Source: Nemertoderma westbladi (lineage: Eukaryota > Animalia > Xenacoelomorpha). Taken from it: 64,000 nucleotides of DNA. Positions 53,701-64,000 of this stretch are shown in pieces; the stretch's first letter is position 1; each line of letters opens with the position of its first letter. The stretch covers positions 37,443 to 101,442 of the forward strand of contig JAUCBJ010005143.1 in assembly GCA_032718475.1 (NCBI GenBank), in the 5' to 3' direction. The notes beneath the pieces are model-generated. The model had not been told where the DNA came from and searched no databases. It worked only from the letters and a program-made list of their open reading frames with translations. A program made the translations under genes and the position numbers.

Positions 53701-56700
53701 TTGGTGTTAAAATAACCACGTACGGTTAACGACATTGGTGTGAAAATAACCACATACGGTTAACGACATTGGTGTGAAAATAACCACATACGGTTAACGA
53801 CATTGGTGTCAAAATAACCACATTTGGTTAACGACATTGGTGTGAAAATAACCACATACGGTTAACGACATTGGTGTGAAAATAACCACATACGGTTAAC
53901 GACATTGATGTTTAAATAACCACGTACAGTTAACGACATTGGTGTGATAATAACCACATACAGTTAACGACATTGGTGTGAAAATAACCACATACGGTTA
54001 ACGACATTGGTGTGAAAATAACCACATACGGTTAACGACATTGGTGTGAAAATAACCACATACGGTTAACGACATTGGTGTGAAAATAACCACATACGGT
54101 TAACGACATTGGTGTGAAAATAACCACATACGTTTAACGACATTGGTGTGAAAATAACCACATACGGTTAATGACATTGGTGTGAAAATAACCACATACG
54201 GTTAACGACATTGGTGTGAAAATAACCACATACGGTTAACGACATAGGTGTGAAAATAACCACATACGGTTAACGACATTGGTGTGAAAATAACCACATA
54301 CGGTTAACGACATTGGTGTGAAAATAACCACATACGGTTAACGACATTGGTGTGAAAATATCCACATACGGTTAACGACATTGGTGTGAAAATAACCACA
54401 TACGGTTAATGACATTATTGGTGTGAAAATAACCACATACGGTTAATGACATTATTGGTGTGAAAATAACCACATACAGTTAACGACATTGGTATGAAAA
54501 TAACCACATACAGTTAACGACATTGGTTTGAAAATAACCACATTTGGTTAACGACATTGGTGTGAAAATAACCACATACGGTTAACGACATTGGTGTGAA
54601 AATAACCACATACGGTTAACGACATTGGTGTGAAAATAACCACATACGGTTAACGACATTGGTGTGAAAATAACCACATACGGTTAACGACATTGGTGTG
54701 AAAATAACCACATACGGTTAACGACATTGGTGTGAAAATAACCACATACGGTTAACGACATTGGTGTGAAAATAACCACATACGGTTAACGACATTGGTG
54801 TGAAAATAACCACATACGGTTAACGACATTGGTGTGAAAATAACCACATACGGTTAACGACATTGGTGTGAAAATAACCACATACGGTTAACGACATTGG
54901 TGTGAAAATAACCACATACAGTTAACGACATTGGTTTGAAAATATCCACATTTGGTTAACGACATTGGTGTGAAAATAACCACATAGGGTTACGGTTAAT
55001 GTCATTGGTGTGATAATAACCATATACGGTTAACGACATTGGTGTGAAAATAACCACATACGGTTAACGACATTGGTGTGAAAATAACCACATACGGTTA
55101 ACGAAATTGGTGTGAAAATAACCACATACGGTTAACGACATTGGTGTGAAAATAACCACATACGGTTAACGACATTGGTGTGAAAATAACCACATACGGT
55201 TAACGACATTGGTGTGAAAATAACGACATACGGTTAACGACATTGGTGTGAAAATAACCACATACGGTTAACGACATTGGTGTGAAAATAACCAGATACG
55301 GTTAACGACATTGGTGTGAAAATAACCACATACGGTTAACGACATTGGCGTGAAAATAACCACATACAGTTAACGACATTGGTTTGAAAATAACCACATT
55401 TGGTTAACGACATTGGTGTGAAAATAACCACATAGGGTTACGGTTAATGTCATTGGTGTGATAATAACCACATACGGTTAACGACATTGGTGTGAAAATA
55501 ACCACATACGGTTAACGACATTGGTGTGAAAATAACCACATACAGTTAACGACATTGGTTTGAAAATAACCACATACAGTTAACGACATTGGTTTGAAAA
55601 TAACCACATTTGGTTAACGACATTGGTGTGAAAATAACCACATACGGTTAATGACATTATTGGTGTGAAAATAACCACATACGGTTAACGACATTGGTGT
55701 GAAAATAACCACATACAGTTAACGACATTGGTTTGAAAATAACCACATTTGGTTAACGACATTGGTGTGAAAATAACCACATAGGGTTACGGTTAATGTC
55801 ATTGGTGTGATAATAACCACAAACGGTTAACGACATTGGTGTGAAAATAACCACATACGGTTAACGACATTGGTGTGAAAATAACCACATACGGTTAACG
55901 ACATTGGTGTGAAAATAACCTCATACGGTTAATGACATTATTGGTGTGAAAATAACCACATACGGTTAACGACATTGGTGTGAAAATAACCACATACGGT
56001 TAACGACATTGGTGTGAAAATAACCACATACGGTTAACGACATTGGTGTGAAAATAACCACATACGGTTAACGACATTGGTGTGAAAATAACCACATACG
56101 GTTAATGACATTATTGGTGTGAAAATAACCACATACAGTTAACGACATTGGTTTGAAAATAACCACATACAGTTAACGACATTGGTTTGAAAATAACCAC
56201 ATTTGGTTAACGACATTGGTGTGAAAATAACCACATACGGTTAATGACATTATTGGTGTGAAAATAACCACATACGGTTAACGACATTGGTGTGAAAATA
56301 ACCACATACAGTTAACGACATTGGTTTGAAAATAACCACATTTGGTTAACGACATTGGTGTGAAAATAACCACATGGGGTTACGGTTAATGTCATTGGTG
56401 TGATAATAACCACATACGGTTAACGGCATTGGTGTGAAAATAACTACATACGGTTAACGACATTGGTGTGAAAATAACCACATACGGTTAACGACATTGG
56501 TGTGAAAATAACCTCATACGGTTAATGACATTATTGGTGTGAAAATAACCACATACGGTTAACGACATTGGTGTGAAAATAACCACATACGGTTAACGAC
56601 ATTGGTGTGAAAATAACCACATACGGTTAACGACATTGGTGTGAAAATAACCACATACGGTTAACGACATTGGTGTGAAAATAACCACATACGGTTAATG

Positions 56701-57311
56701 ACATTATTGGTGTGAAAATAACCACATACAGTTAACGACATTGGTTTGAAAATAACCACATACAGTTAACGACATTGGTTTGAAAATAACCACATTTGGT
56801 TAACGACATTGGTGTGAAAATAACCACATACGGTTAATGACATTATTGGTGTGAAAATAACCACATACGGTTAACGACATTGGTGTGAAAATAACCACAT
56901 ACAGTTAACGACATTGGTGTGAAAATAACCACATAGGGTTACGGTTAATGTCATTGGTGTGATAATAACCACATACGGTTAACGACATTGGTGTGAAAAT
57001 AACCACATACGGTTAACGACATTGGTGTGAAAATAACCACATACGGTTAACGACATTGGTGTGAAAATAACCTCATACGGTTAATGACATTATTGGTGTG
57101 AAAATAACCACATACGGTTAACGACATTGGTGTGAAAATAACCACATACGGTTAACGACATTGGTGTGAAAATAACCACATACGGTTAACGACATTGGTG
57201 TGAAAATAACCACATACGGTTAACGACATTGGTGTGAAAATAACCACATACGGTTAATGACATTATTGGTGTGAAAATAACCACATACGGTTAATGATAT
57301 TATTGGCGTGA
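47750..57311. repeat. 34-bp satellite, about 280 copies, consensus AATAACCACATACGGTTAACGACATTGGTGTGAA; the first unit overlaps the end of the TMEM221-like CDS
   Basis: 34-bp period (47761 to 47795). Variants carry +3 (att) and +6 (gggtta) insertions. A ~1.7-kb higher-order block is marked by gacattgatg at 50511, 52223 and 53901. Confidence 0.99.
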
Positions 57312-57400
57312 GAAATGACATGTTTGGCTAGTTACCTAGTTACTGTTTAGTTTATTATTGGTGTGTTAAATTTGAACATTTATACATTATTTTGTCACTG

Positions 57401-58154
57401 TAGTACCAAAGTATGTAAAAAACTAAAAAGCAACAAGACTTAGACGTTGCATGCAATCAGTAATCAGCTGACAGCAGCCAGCGGATCAGTAGGTTTCGCC
57501 CCACAGCTGAACGCATTCTCATTCTGATGGCCATTGCGGCCAGTCGTGCAAAAGCTTGAAATGATTTACATTCAAACACGCAAGCCCGCTATCAACAAGC
57601 AGAAACGTCGCCCATGTGAAAAATACCAGGATTTCACTTTTCGGTCGACTTTTTATTGGAATTTTATATATGAAGATTTTTTATTTATTTTTAATTTATC
57701 TTTATTAAGTGTTTTATAGCGCTTATTTCTGTCTTATAACCTGTACATATACTAATTCGTTTATTGTTTTGGTTATATTCAGCCCTTCTGTAACCTGTGT
57801 TTTTGGTGAAAATCTGGTAATCTTCACATGGGGGTAACTGCAAAGTGAATTATAACGGCAGAAAGTCTGGTGTTCTTCACATGGTCCAGAAACCTATTGG
57901 CGTAAGTTTGTGGTGCTGTTTTGTTTCCCAGTGGTTAGTTACCTACAGACTTCTCTCTTCAATTCAATACTAGTTCTGTCTCCCTTAGTGAATTTCTCTC
58001 TACATTTCCTGGCTTGGCGTCCTCTGGCTGTTAACAGCTGATCACTGATTGCATGAAACGTCTGTCCTGTTGCTTTCTTGATAGTAACAATGTGTTGGCA
58101 AGCTGTATTTTTCGAGTTGCTTTCTGGTTTTTTACCTACTGTACTTTGGTACTA
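57401..58154. mobile_element. MITE/foldback-like non-autonomous DNA element, about 754 bp, with long imperfect terminal inverted repeats
   Basis: Perfect 13-bp terminal IR TAGTACCAAAGTA (57401-57413) / TACTTTGGTACTA (58142-58154). A ~60-bp subterminal IR (57427-57488 vs 58020-58077) and an inner IR (57611-57637 vs 57806-57832). No transposase ORF. Confidence 0.75.
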
Positions 58155-58551
58155 ACACACCTACCGGTAAGGTTTTTTACTTAACGTGCTTGATAATAAA
58201 TAAATATAATTCGTAATTATTGGTTAATCAAGTTTCTACTTCAATTCAATAAAGCAATTAATATTCCATAAGCCCCATCAACTAAATCAGTCATTGAGGG
58301 CTACAGAGCTTAGGGCAGCATTAAAGGCAAAGGCTTGAGCATACATCTGCAATGCCCCTCTGTCTATATTGAATGCTCCTCTACCAGTGTTAGGTAACCT
58401 AACCGAGGCACACAGGAGGCACACTTGGTTCAGGGTATAACATAAGGACCCCTACAGTCGGCAGCAGGGCTGTAGGTCATGGATAGATAGAAGGCAATCA
58501 ACCAACGGCTAGTCATGCAGACAAGGTCGGCGGAAGGTAATCAACCAACGG

Positions 58552-60090
58552 CTACTACTACTACTACTACGACTACTAGGATCGGCATGCTGCATTGCAG
58601 CTGCATTGTTAAGAATGCTGTGCCGGCTTGTCGACAACATTTCGCCGCCACATCTCCCTATCACCCATGACATTTGCTAGATCATCCGCATCTTCAAGGC
58701 CAGTGTCCTTTAAGATGCGTCTCAAGAAAGTCATGGGCTGTCCACCATACGTATTCACTCCATGAGGCTGCCAAAGCACAAGATTATGCACTGGCTGGTC
58801 CTCACGGCGAAAGCTATATATAGTGTCTGGTTGAGGATGTGTGCATTGTACTTGACACAATGAACCCGGCGTAGCATTCTTGTGAATGTGCCATCCAAAG
58901 ATTTGGTGTCCTCAGCAGTTAGAGCCCAGTATGGACTCCCATAGACGAGTACTGGAACTACTGCTGCTCTAAATAATCGGACCTTAAGTTTCCGATTAAT
59001 TCTCTGTGACTTCCAAATCATGGAAAGCCTATTCAAGGCTGCCCATGCCTTTCCCTTACGTATTCGAAGGTCCTCACCTGACTTCCGGATCCATGATCCC
59101 AGGTAACAGAAGTCGTCCACATGCTCAAGCATACCATCCTTTGAGCTTATGCTCATCCGATCAGAGACTTGCTGAGGACTTTCAAAGTTAACTGTCAAAA
59201 TTTTGGTCTTTTTGGTGTTAATAAAAAGACCAACACTAGAAGCAGCATGTTCTAATGAGCCGAGGAGCCGTTGGGCTCCCTCTGAGAGTACTCCTAAGTC
59301 ATCAGCAAAGTCTAGATCAGACTTGGCAGGATTTCCTCGACTTCTGGAGCCAGTAGGTGGAGTTATCATCACCCCATCATCATTATGATGATCTAAGGAC
59401 ATGCGTAGAACATAGTCAACTACAATAATGAACAAGAATGGTGCAAGTGTGTCTCCTTGGATGATTCCCCCATAACACTTCAAATGGTTCTGTGTCACCG
59501 TCAACAGTAGACACAAATGTTGTCGAACCATCGTATACTGATCTGATTGCTGCAATAATTTCATCAGGAATCCCATATAATGAAAGTATGCTGAACATAC
59601 GTGAGCGAGAGACTGAATCAAAGGCCTTGAAGAAGTCAACAAAGATAACAGCCAGATGCCTGTCTTTCTTTTCTGATAACTCTTCAATTATCCTTCTAAG
59701 TGCCAAAATGGGCTCCATGGTCCCACGACCTTTACAGAACCCGTTTTGATTTCCACGGAGCAGTCTCTCAATGGGATCCCTGATGCGATTTAATAGAATT
59801 CTATTGTATAGCTTTGCAGAAATCAAGATCAATGAGATTCCCCGAAAAGAACCATAGAGTGTTTAAGGTTTCCCTTCTTGGGAACTGGCATCAACTTATT
59901 TGTTTTCATTTCTTGTTGGACTCTTGTTGTTCGGTACATGTCTACTATGACGGGAAAGATGGGCTTTAAACATTCAGGTATTTTAAAGACCTCGGGGGAA
60001 ACGCCATCTACTCCACTGGCACGATTGGTCTTAATGCTCTTTGCAGCAGCCTTCTCTTCTGCAAAGGAGATATCGTCAATGGGAAAAAAA
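58552..60090 (-). mobile_element. RTE-like non-LTR retrotransposon copy A: 5'-truncated, frameshifted reverse transcriptase with a (TAG)n tail
   Basis: Consecutive - strand ORF fragments carry RT motifs: RASGVDGVSPEVFK, PVPKKGNL, QNGF..GR, VDFFKAFDSV, QGDTLAPFLF, DLDFADDL, FCYLGS and DREMWR. The tail reads ctactacta on + at 58552-58578. Confidence 0.93.
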
Positions 60091-60124
60091 GTAAGAAAGT
60101 ACATTTTCTTCGGCCGCTAGGCCA

Positions 60125-60358
60125 GGGATTACGTACGAATTCTGACGACTTATTTCCAATGCGGTCCCCCAGAACCATACTCCCCAGAGGAAACTCCAGT
60201 ACTCATTTAGCTACCACTTAAGGATGCAAGGCCTCTGCGCCCTTGCTGGTCCCTTTAAAGCATTCGTGCCGAAACGAAAACTGCCCTGGCCCACGTGAGG
60301 ATCGAACCCACGACCTACCGGAGATGTGAATTCAACGCAACCACTACACTAAGATGGA
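60125..60358 (-). mobile_element. tRNA-derived SINE, family 1 (tRNA-Val(CAC)-like head)
   Basis: On the - strand: A-box TAGTGTAGTGG, anticodon-like tTCACAt, B-box GGTTCGATCC, then ggtagctaaatgagtactggagtttcctct shared with the copy at about 5310-5490. Ends are approximate. Confidence 0.82.
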
Positions 60359-60408
60359 ACCCAAGGTGGAATATCTGGGAGTACAGACTCAGAAGACACT
60401 TTTACTTC

Positions 60409-60499
60409 TATAAAGTTATCAGGTATACCCTGCAGTTTTAAATCATGGTATAAAGTTATCATGGTATAAAGTTATCATGGTATAAAGTTATCGTGGTAT
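60409..60499. repeat. 16-bp minisatellite TATAAAGTTATCATGG, 3.5 tandem copies plus one separated copy
   Basis: Units start at 60449, 60465 and 60481, with a separate copy at 60409. Confidence 0.85.
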
Positions 60500-60649
60500 T
60501 TATTGTATATAAGCTGGACATATAAATGTCACGGTACCTACGCGTTGTTAATCACTAATCAGGGTATAAAAGATTATATTTAATCGAATTTTCTCTAAGA
60601 CAACATTAATGTATGTATGCGTAATTGGATTTAAGTTCGTTTAAGTTAT

Positions 60650-60865
60650 AGTAATAATAATAATTATAATAATAATTATATTATAATTATAATTTAAAAA
60701 AATTATAAAATAATATATAGTTAAAAAAAATTATAAAATAATATATAATTAATTATATATTAATAAGTAATTAAACAGGACTAAGGATGATCCAACTCTA
60801 TAGCAAATTAATTAATTATATATTAATAATAATAACAATAATAATTATTATTATTATATAATTTT
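60650..60865. repeat. AT-rich low-complexity tract (AAT/ATT runs and a ~28-bp duplication)
   Basis: Base composition; aaaaaaattataaaataatatata occurs twice. Confidence 0.8.
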
Positions 60866-60880
60866 CTGTGTGGCGGCGAA

Positions 60881-63721
60881 TACTACTACTACTACTACTA
60901 CTAGGTCGAGCGAACTCGGACAGTGGAAATGAGATCCTCCCAGGCTTCCCGATTCTCCATAGTTGTCGCAATTTCGTTTCTCCCAAGTTCAGTATCCCTT
61001 TCAAGTTGATCTATATATGTTATGGCAGGTCGTCCACGACTACGCTTTCCATGAGTTGGTTGCCAGAAAAGTAGATCTGGTATGACCTCGTCTTTACTTC
61101 GCCAGCAGTGCCCACTGAATCTTAATCTGCGTTCACGGAGGGTGGTTGATACAGGTGGTATTGTACCATAAAGCTCGGCGTTTGTCATGTGTTGTCTCCA
61201 GCTGATGTTTAGGGCTGCCCTTAGTAGTCTTGTGTAGCAACCATCAATTCGTTGTTCAAGTGATTTAGTCAGTGTCCAGGTCTCACCCCCGTATAAAAAT
61301 ACACTTTCCACTGTGGCTCGAAAGAACTTGGTCTTCAGGTGCCTGGAGAGATCTGATTTCGAGATGGTATCCATTTTTGATAGAGCTACCCAAGCCTTTG
61401 CTTTCCTAACTTCTATGTCCTTTTTGCTACTCTCTATCCACGATCCAAGGTACTGGAAGTCATCTACCTTCCTAAGTTGATTATTATCAATGGTTGTCAA
61501 GTTTCCATCAACATTAAAGGTCATGAATTCGGTCTTGGTAGCATTTATATGCAATCCAACCACCTTAGCAGCACTCTCCACTTTTTAGTAGAAGCTGTCA
61601 GCTAGCGTATTAGAGAGCAGGGCGATGTCATCCGCAAAGTCGGTGTCTGTGACTGTAGTTGCCGGATATCTACTACTTCTGCGTTCTTGAAGTGTGAATC
61701 CCAGATCTTAACCCTTTGTGGCCGTCCTCATTGCGTAATCCAGCACAATTACAAATAGTAATGGTGCTAATGTGTCACCTTGCAGTACGCCAGCCAGGAT
61801 TGAGAAAAACTCAGTTTCACCATCTGGTGAGAGGACCTGCGCTTCTGTGTCACAATATAACAATCCAATGCCAGCAACAATTACTTCTGGTATTCCATAA
61901 GCTCTTAGGATTTCAAGCATTTTACCTCTATGGATGGAGTCGAATGCCTTCTTGAAGTCCACAAAAGTCATGACAGCGGGGAGATTCTTTGACTTAATTC
62001 CTTCAATCAGTCTCCGTAGTGCAAGTATCTGAGCTATTATTGATCTACTTGGTCGAAATCCGTTTTGGCTCTTACGCAGTAGTTTCTCTATGTGAGGCCT
62101 AATCCTATATAGAATCATTTTATTGTATATTTTGGCAGCTACCACAAGCAGACAGATCCCACGATAGTTTGTTGGTATGCCGAGGTCTCCTTTCTTGGGG
62201 AGAGGCTTTAGTTGACCTTTAGTCCAAATTGGTGGTGGCTTTTCCCCTTTTAACATCCGGTTGCAAACATTCAATAATGGTCTGTTTACCACTCCGGTTT
62301 TCCATACCTCCGCTGGGATTTCATCTAATCCACTCGCTTTATTATTGGACATGCTTTTAATGCTTCTTTGGAGTTCGGCAGGTGTGAAGCGTCTTGTCAT
62401 ATATTTTCCTTGTAGGGCTGACCTCGATGTTTGGTGGCTGCCCAAGCAAGTTGCTGAAGTGATTTTTCCACTTCCCAACACGTTCTTCAGGACTATCGGC
62501 TTTGAGGCGCCCCTTTGCACAACTTTTCCAACCAGATACCTCATTTACAGTTTGCCAGGTAAGTCTTGATTGTTGCTGTATGTGAGCAGTTGTAATTGCT
62601 TCAGTTTTATCCTGTATGTACTTTTCCTGGCTGATGTTGTAGGCCAATTTAAGATCGTCCTTAGCTTTCTCAACCTTGTTAATGTTTTCGGTTGTTGGTT
62701 GTTCGGTTTTAACTTTGTAGGCAATCTTAAGATCTTCTCTCTTACAAGTAACCTCAGAGTTTTGCCATGGCACATATTGTTTTCGTTTGGGTTTCTGGGG
62801 GATATGCCTCTTAGCTGATTCCTTGTGGGCTGTTATTATATTCTGGTATATTGAATTGGTGGATTGGTCTTCATCCATTGACTGAAGTGCTTCAAAGCGG
62901 TTTTGAACTTCTACTGTATAAGCATCCTTTACAGCATTGTCAGTTCTGAGTTTTTCCCAGTCATATTTGATTTGCTTGCTTGTCCTGGGTTTGCTGGCTC
63001 TCAAACTGAGTCTGATCTCTGCAGTCACAATTCTGTGGTCCGAACCAATTAGGTTGAACGAGCTGTATGCCTCGCAGTTTCTGTCGCTGTTTCTCCACTT
63101 TTTGTTTATGAGGATGTAATCCAGTTGTGCTTTGGTTCCATTAGGGTATTGAAAGGTCCATAGCTTCCCCTTACTCTTTTCGAATGTGTTGTTTGTTGGT
63201 ATCAATTCACATTCTTACATTAGGTCTAAAAGTAAGTACCCATTTCTGTTAGAACTGGTGTTATAGGTGTAACCCTTGATGTCTTCTGGGCCAATTTGGG
63301 CATTCAGGTCACCAGCAATGACTTTAACATTTTGTTTCGGAATGTCCTTTATAAGTCCAGTCAGATCTTCATAAAACTTGACTGCTTGTTCTGGCTCTGA
63401 GGCATTGGTTGGACTGTAGCAACATATAACTGTTGCCTTGGGATTCCCATCAAATGTTGCGATCATAACCCTGGAATTTATAGATTCGATGTTGTTTAGG
63501 GTCTTAAGTGCAAATGGGCTTAGCAGAATTCCTACTCCACCAATTGATGCATTGGCCGAGTTTCTTACTGCTGAGCTTGTTACTAACGTCCATCCATTTC
63601 CAATGTCATCGTACTTCATGGCAGTGTCTTCATGACAAATCCGATGTTCTTGGATGCAGGTGATGTCGATGTTATATTCCATTGCCAGGGCGACCATGTC
63701 ACCCTGTTTGGTATGTGCTTT
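60881..63721 (-). mobile_element. RTE-like non-LTR retrotransposon copy B: nearly complete APE endonuclease + RT ORF, inactivated by stops and frameshifts, with a (TAG)n tail
   Basis: APE motifs IDITCIQEHR, GGVGILLS, CYSPT, GDLNAQIG, QLDYILI and GSDHRIV. RT motifs NYRGICL, QNGFRPSRS, VDFKKAFDSI, GVLQGDTLAP, DTDFADDIALL (about 61615-61650) and FQYLGS. The stop codon runs directly into the TAG repeats (60881-60903). Confidence 0.96.
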
Positions 63722-63734
63722 CACATACCAAACA
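63705..63734. other. Perfect 13-bp hairpin (TGTTTGGTATGTG-cttt-CACATACCAAACA) at the junction of LINE copies B and C
   Basis: 63705-63717 is the exact reverse complement of 63722-63734. Confidence 0.9.
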
Positions 63735-63740
63735 CTACTC

Positions 63741-64000
63741 TACCGAACAACAAGAGTCCCAAGAGTCCCACAAGAAATGAAAACAAATAAGTTGGTGCCA
63801 GTTCCCAAGAAGGGCAACCTAACACTCTATGGTTCTTTTCGGGGAATCTCATTGATCTCGATTGCTGCAAAGCTATACAATAGGATTCTATTAAATCGCA
63901 TCAGGGATCCCATTGAGAGACTGCTCCGTGGAAATCAGAATGGGTTCCGTAAAGGTCGTGGGACCATGGAGCCCATTTTGGCACTTATAAGGATAATTGA
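63741..64000 (+). mobile_element. RTE-like LINE copy C, 5'-truncated, same family as copy A in opposite orientation, continuing past the window edge
   Basis: Closely matches the reverse complement of 59684-59936 (over 90% identity by eye). Encodes LVPVPKKGNLTLYGSFRGISLISIAAKLYNRILLNRIRDPIERLLRGNQNGFRKGRGT. Confidence 0.93.

Noticed and set aside
47750-57311. 34-bp (and 58-bp) repeats as a CRISPR array
   Set aside because: Units are head-to-tail with no unique spacers, there are no cas genes, and the context is eukaryotic.
58552-64000. RT fragments as a retron, DGR, group II intron or other novel RT system linked to the arrays
   Set aside because: APE+RT architecture, FADD motifs and TAG tails identify ordinary decayed RTE-like LINEs, and I saw no sequence shared with the satellites.

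Overview
Eukaryotic (metazoan, probably invertebrate) genomic DNA with GT-AG introns, tRNA-derived SINEs and RTE-type LINEs. About 53 of the 64 kb is tandem repeat, in four large and different arrays with units of 19 bp, 58 bp, 21-23/43 bp and 34 bp. Between them on the + strand lie two clear exons of a vesicular monoamine transporter gene (VMAT, SLC18A1/2 family; 5684-5799 and 39929-40133). These are joined in frame across a 34.1-kb intron that is about 97% one 58-bp satellite. A candidate terminal exon lies at 46216-46293. Downstream is a single-ORF TMEM221/Jiraiya-like 4-TM gene (46991-47782), whose last 10 codons plus stop are the first unit of a 9.5-kb satellite. The right end has a MITE-like inverted-repeat element, a SINE and three degenerate RTE LINE pieces. 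There is no CRISPR array or other prokaryotic system. The most interesting signals are locus-born satellites next to exons, an AG|GT splice-like motif in nearly every 58-bp unit, and partial complementarity between the satellites flanking one exon. All functional readings of these are hypotheses; protein family calls come from recalled sequences, not searches.
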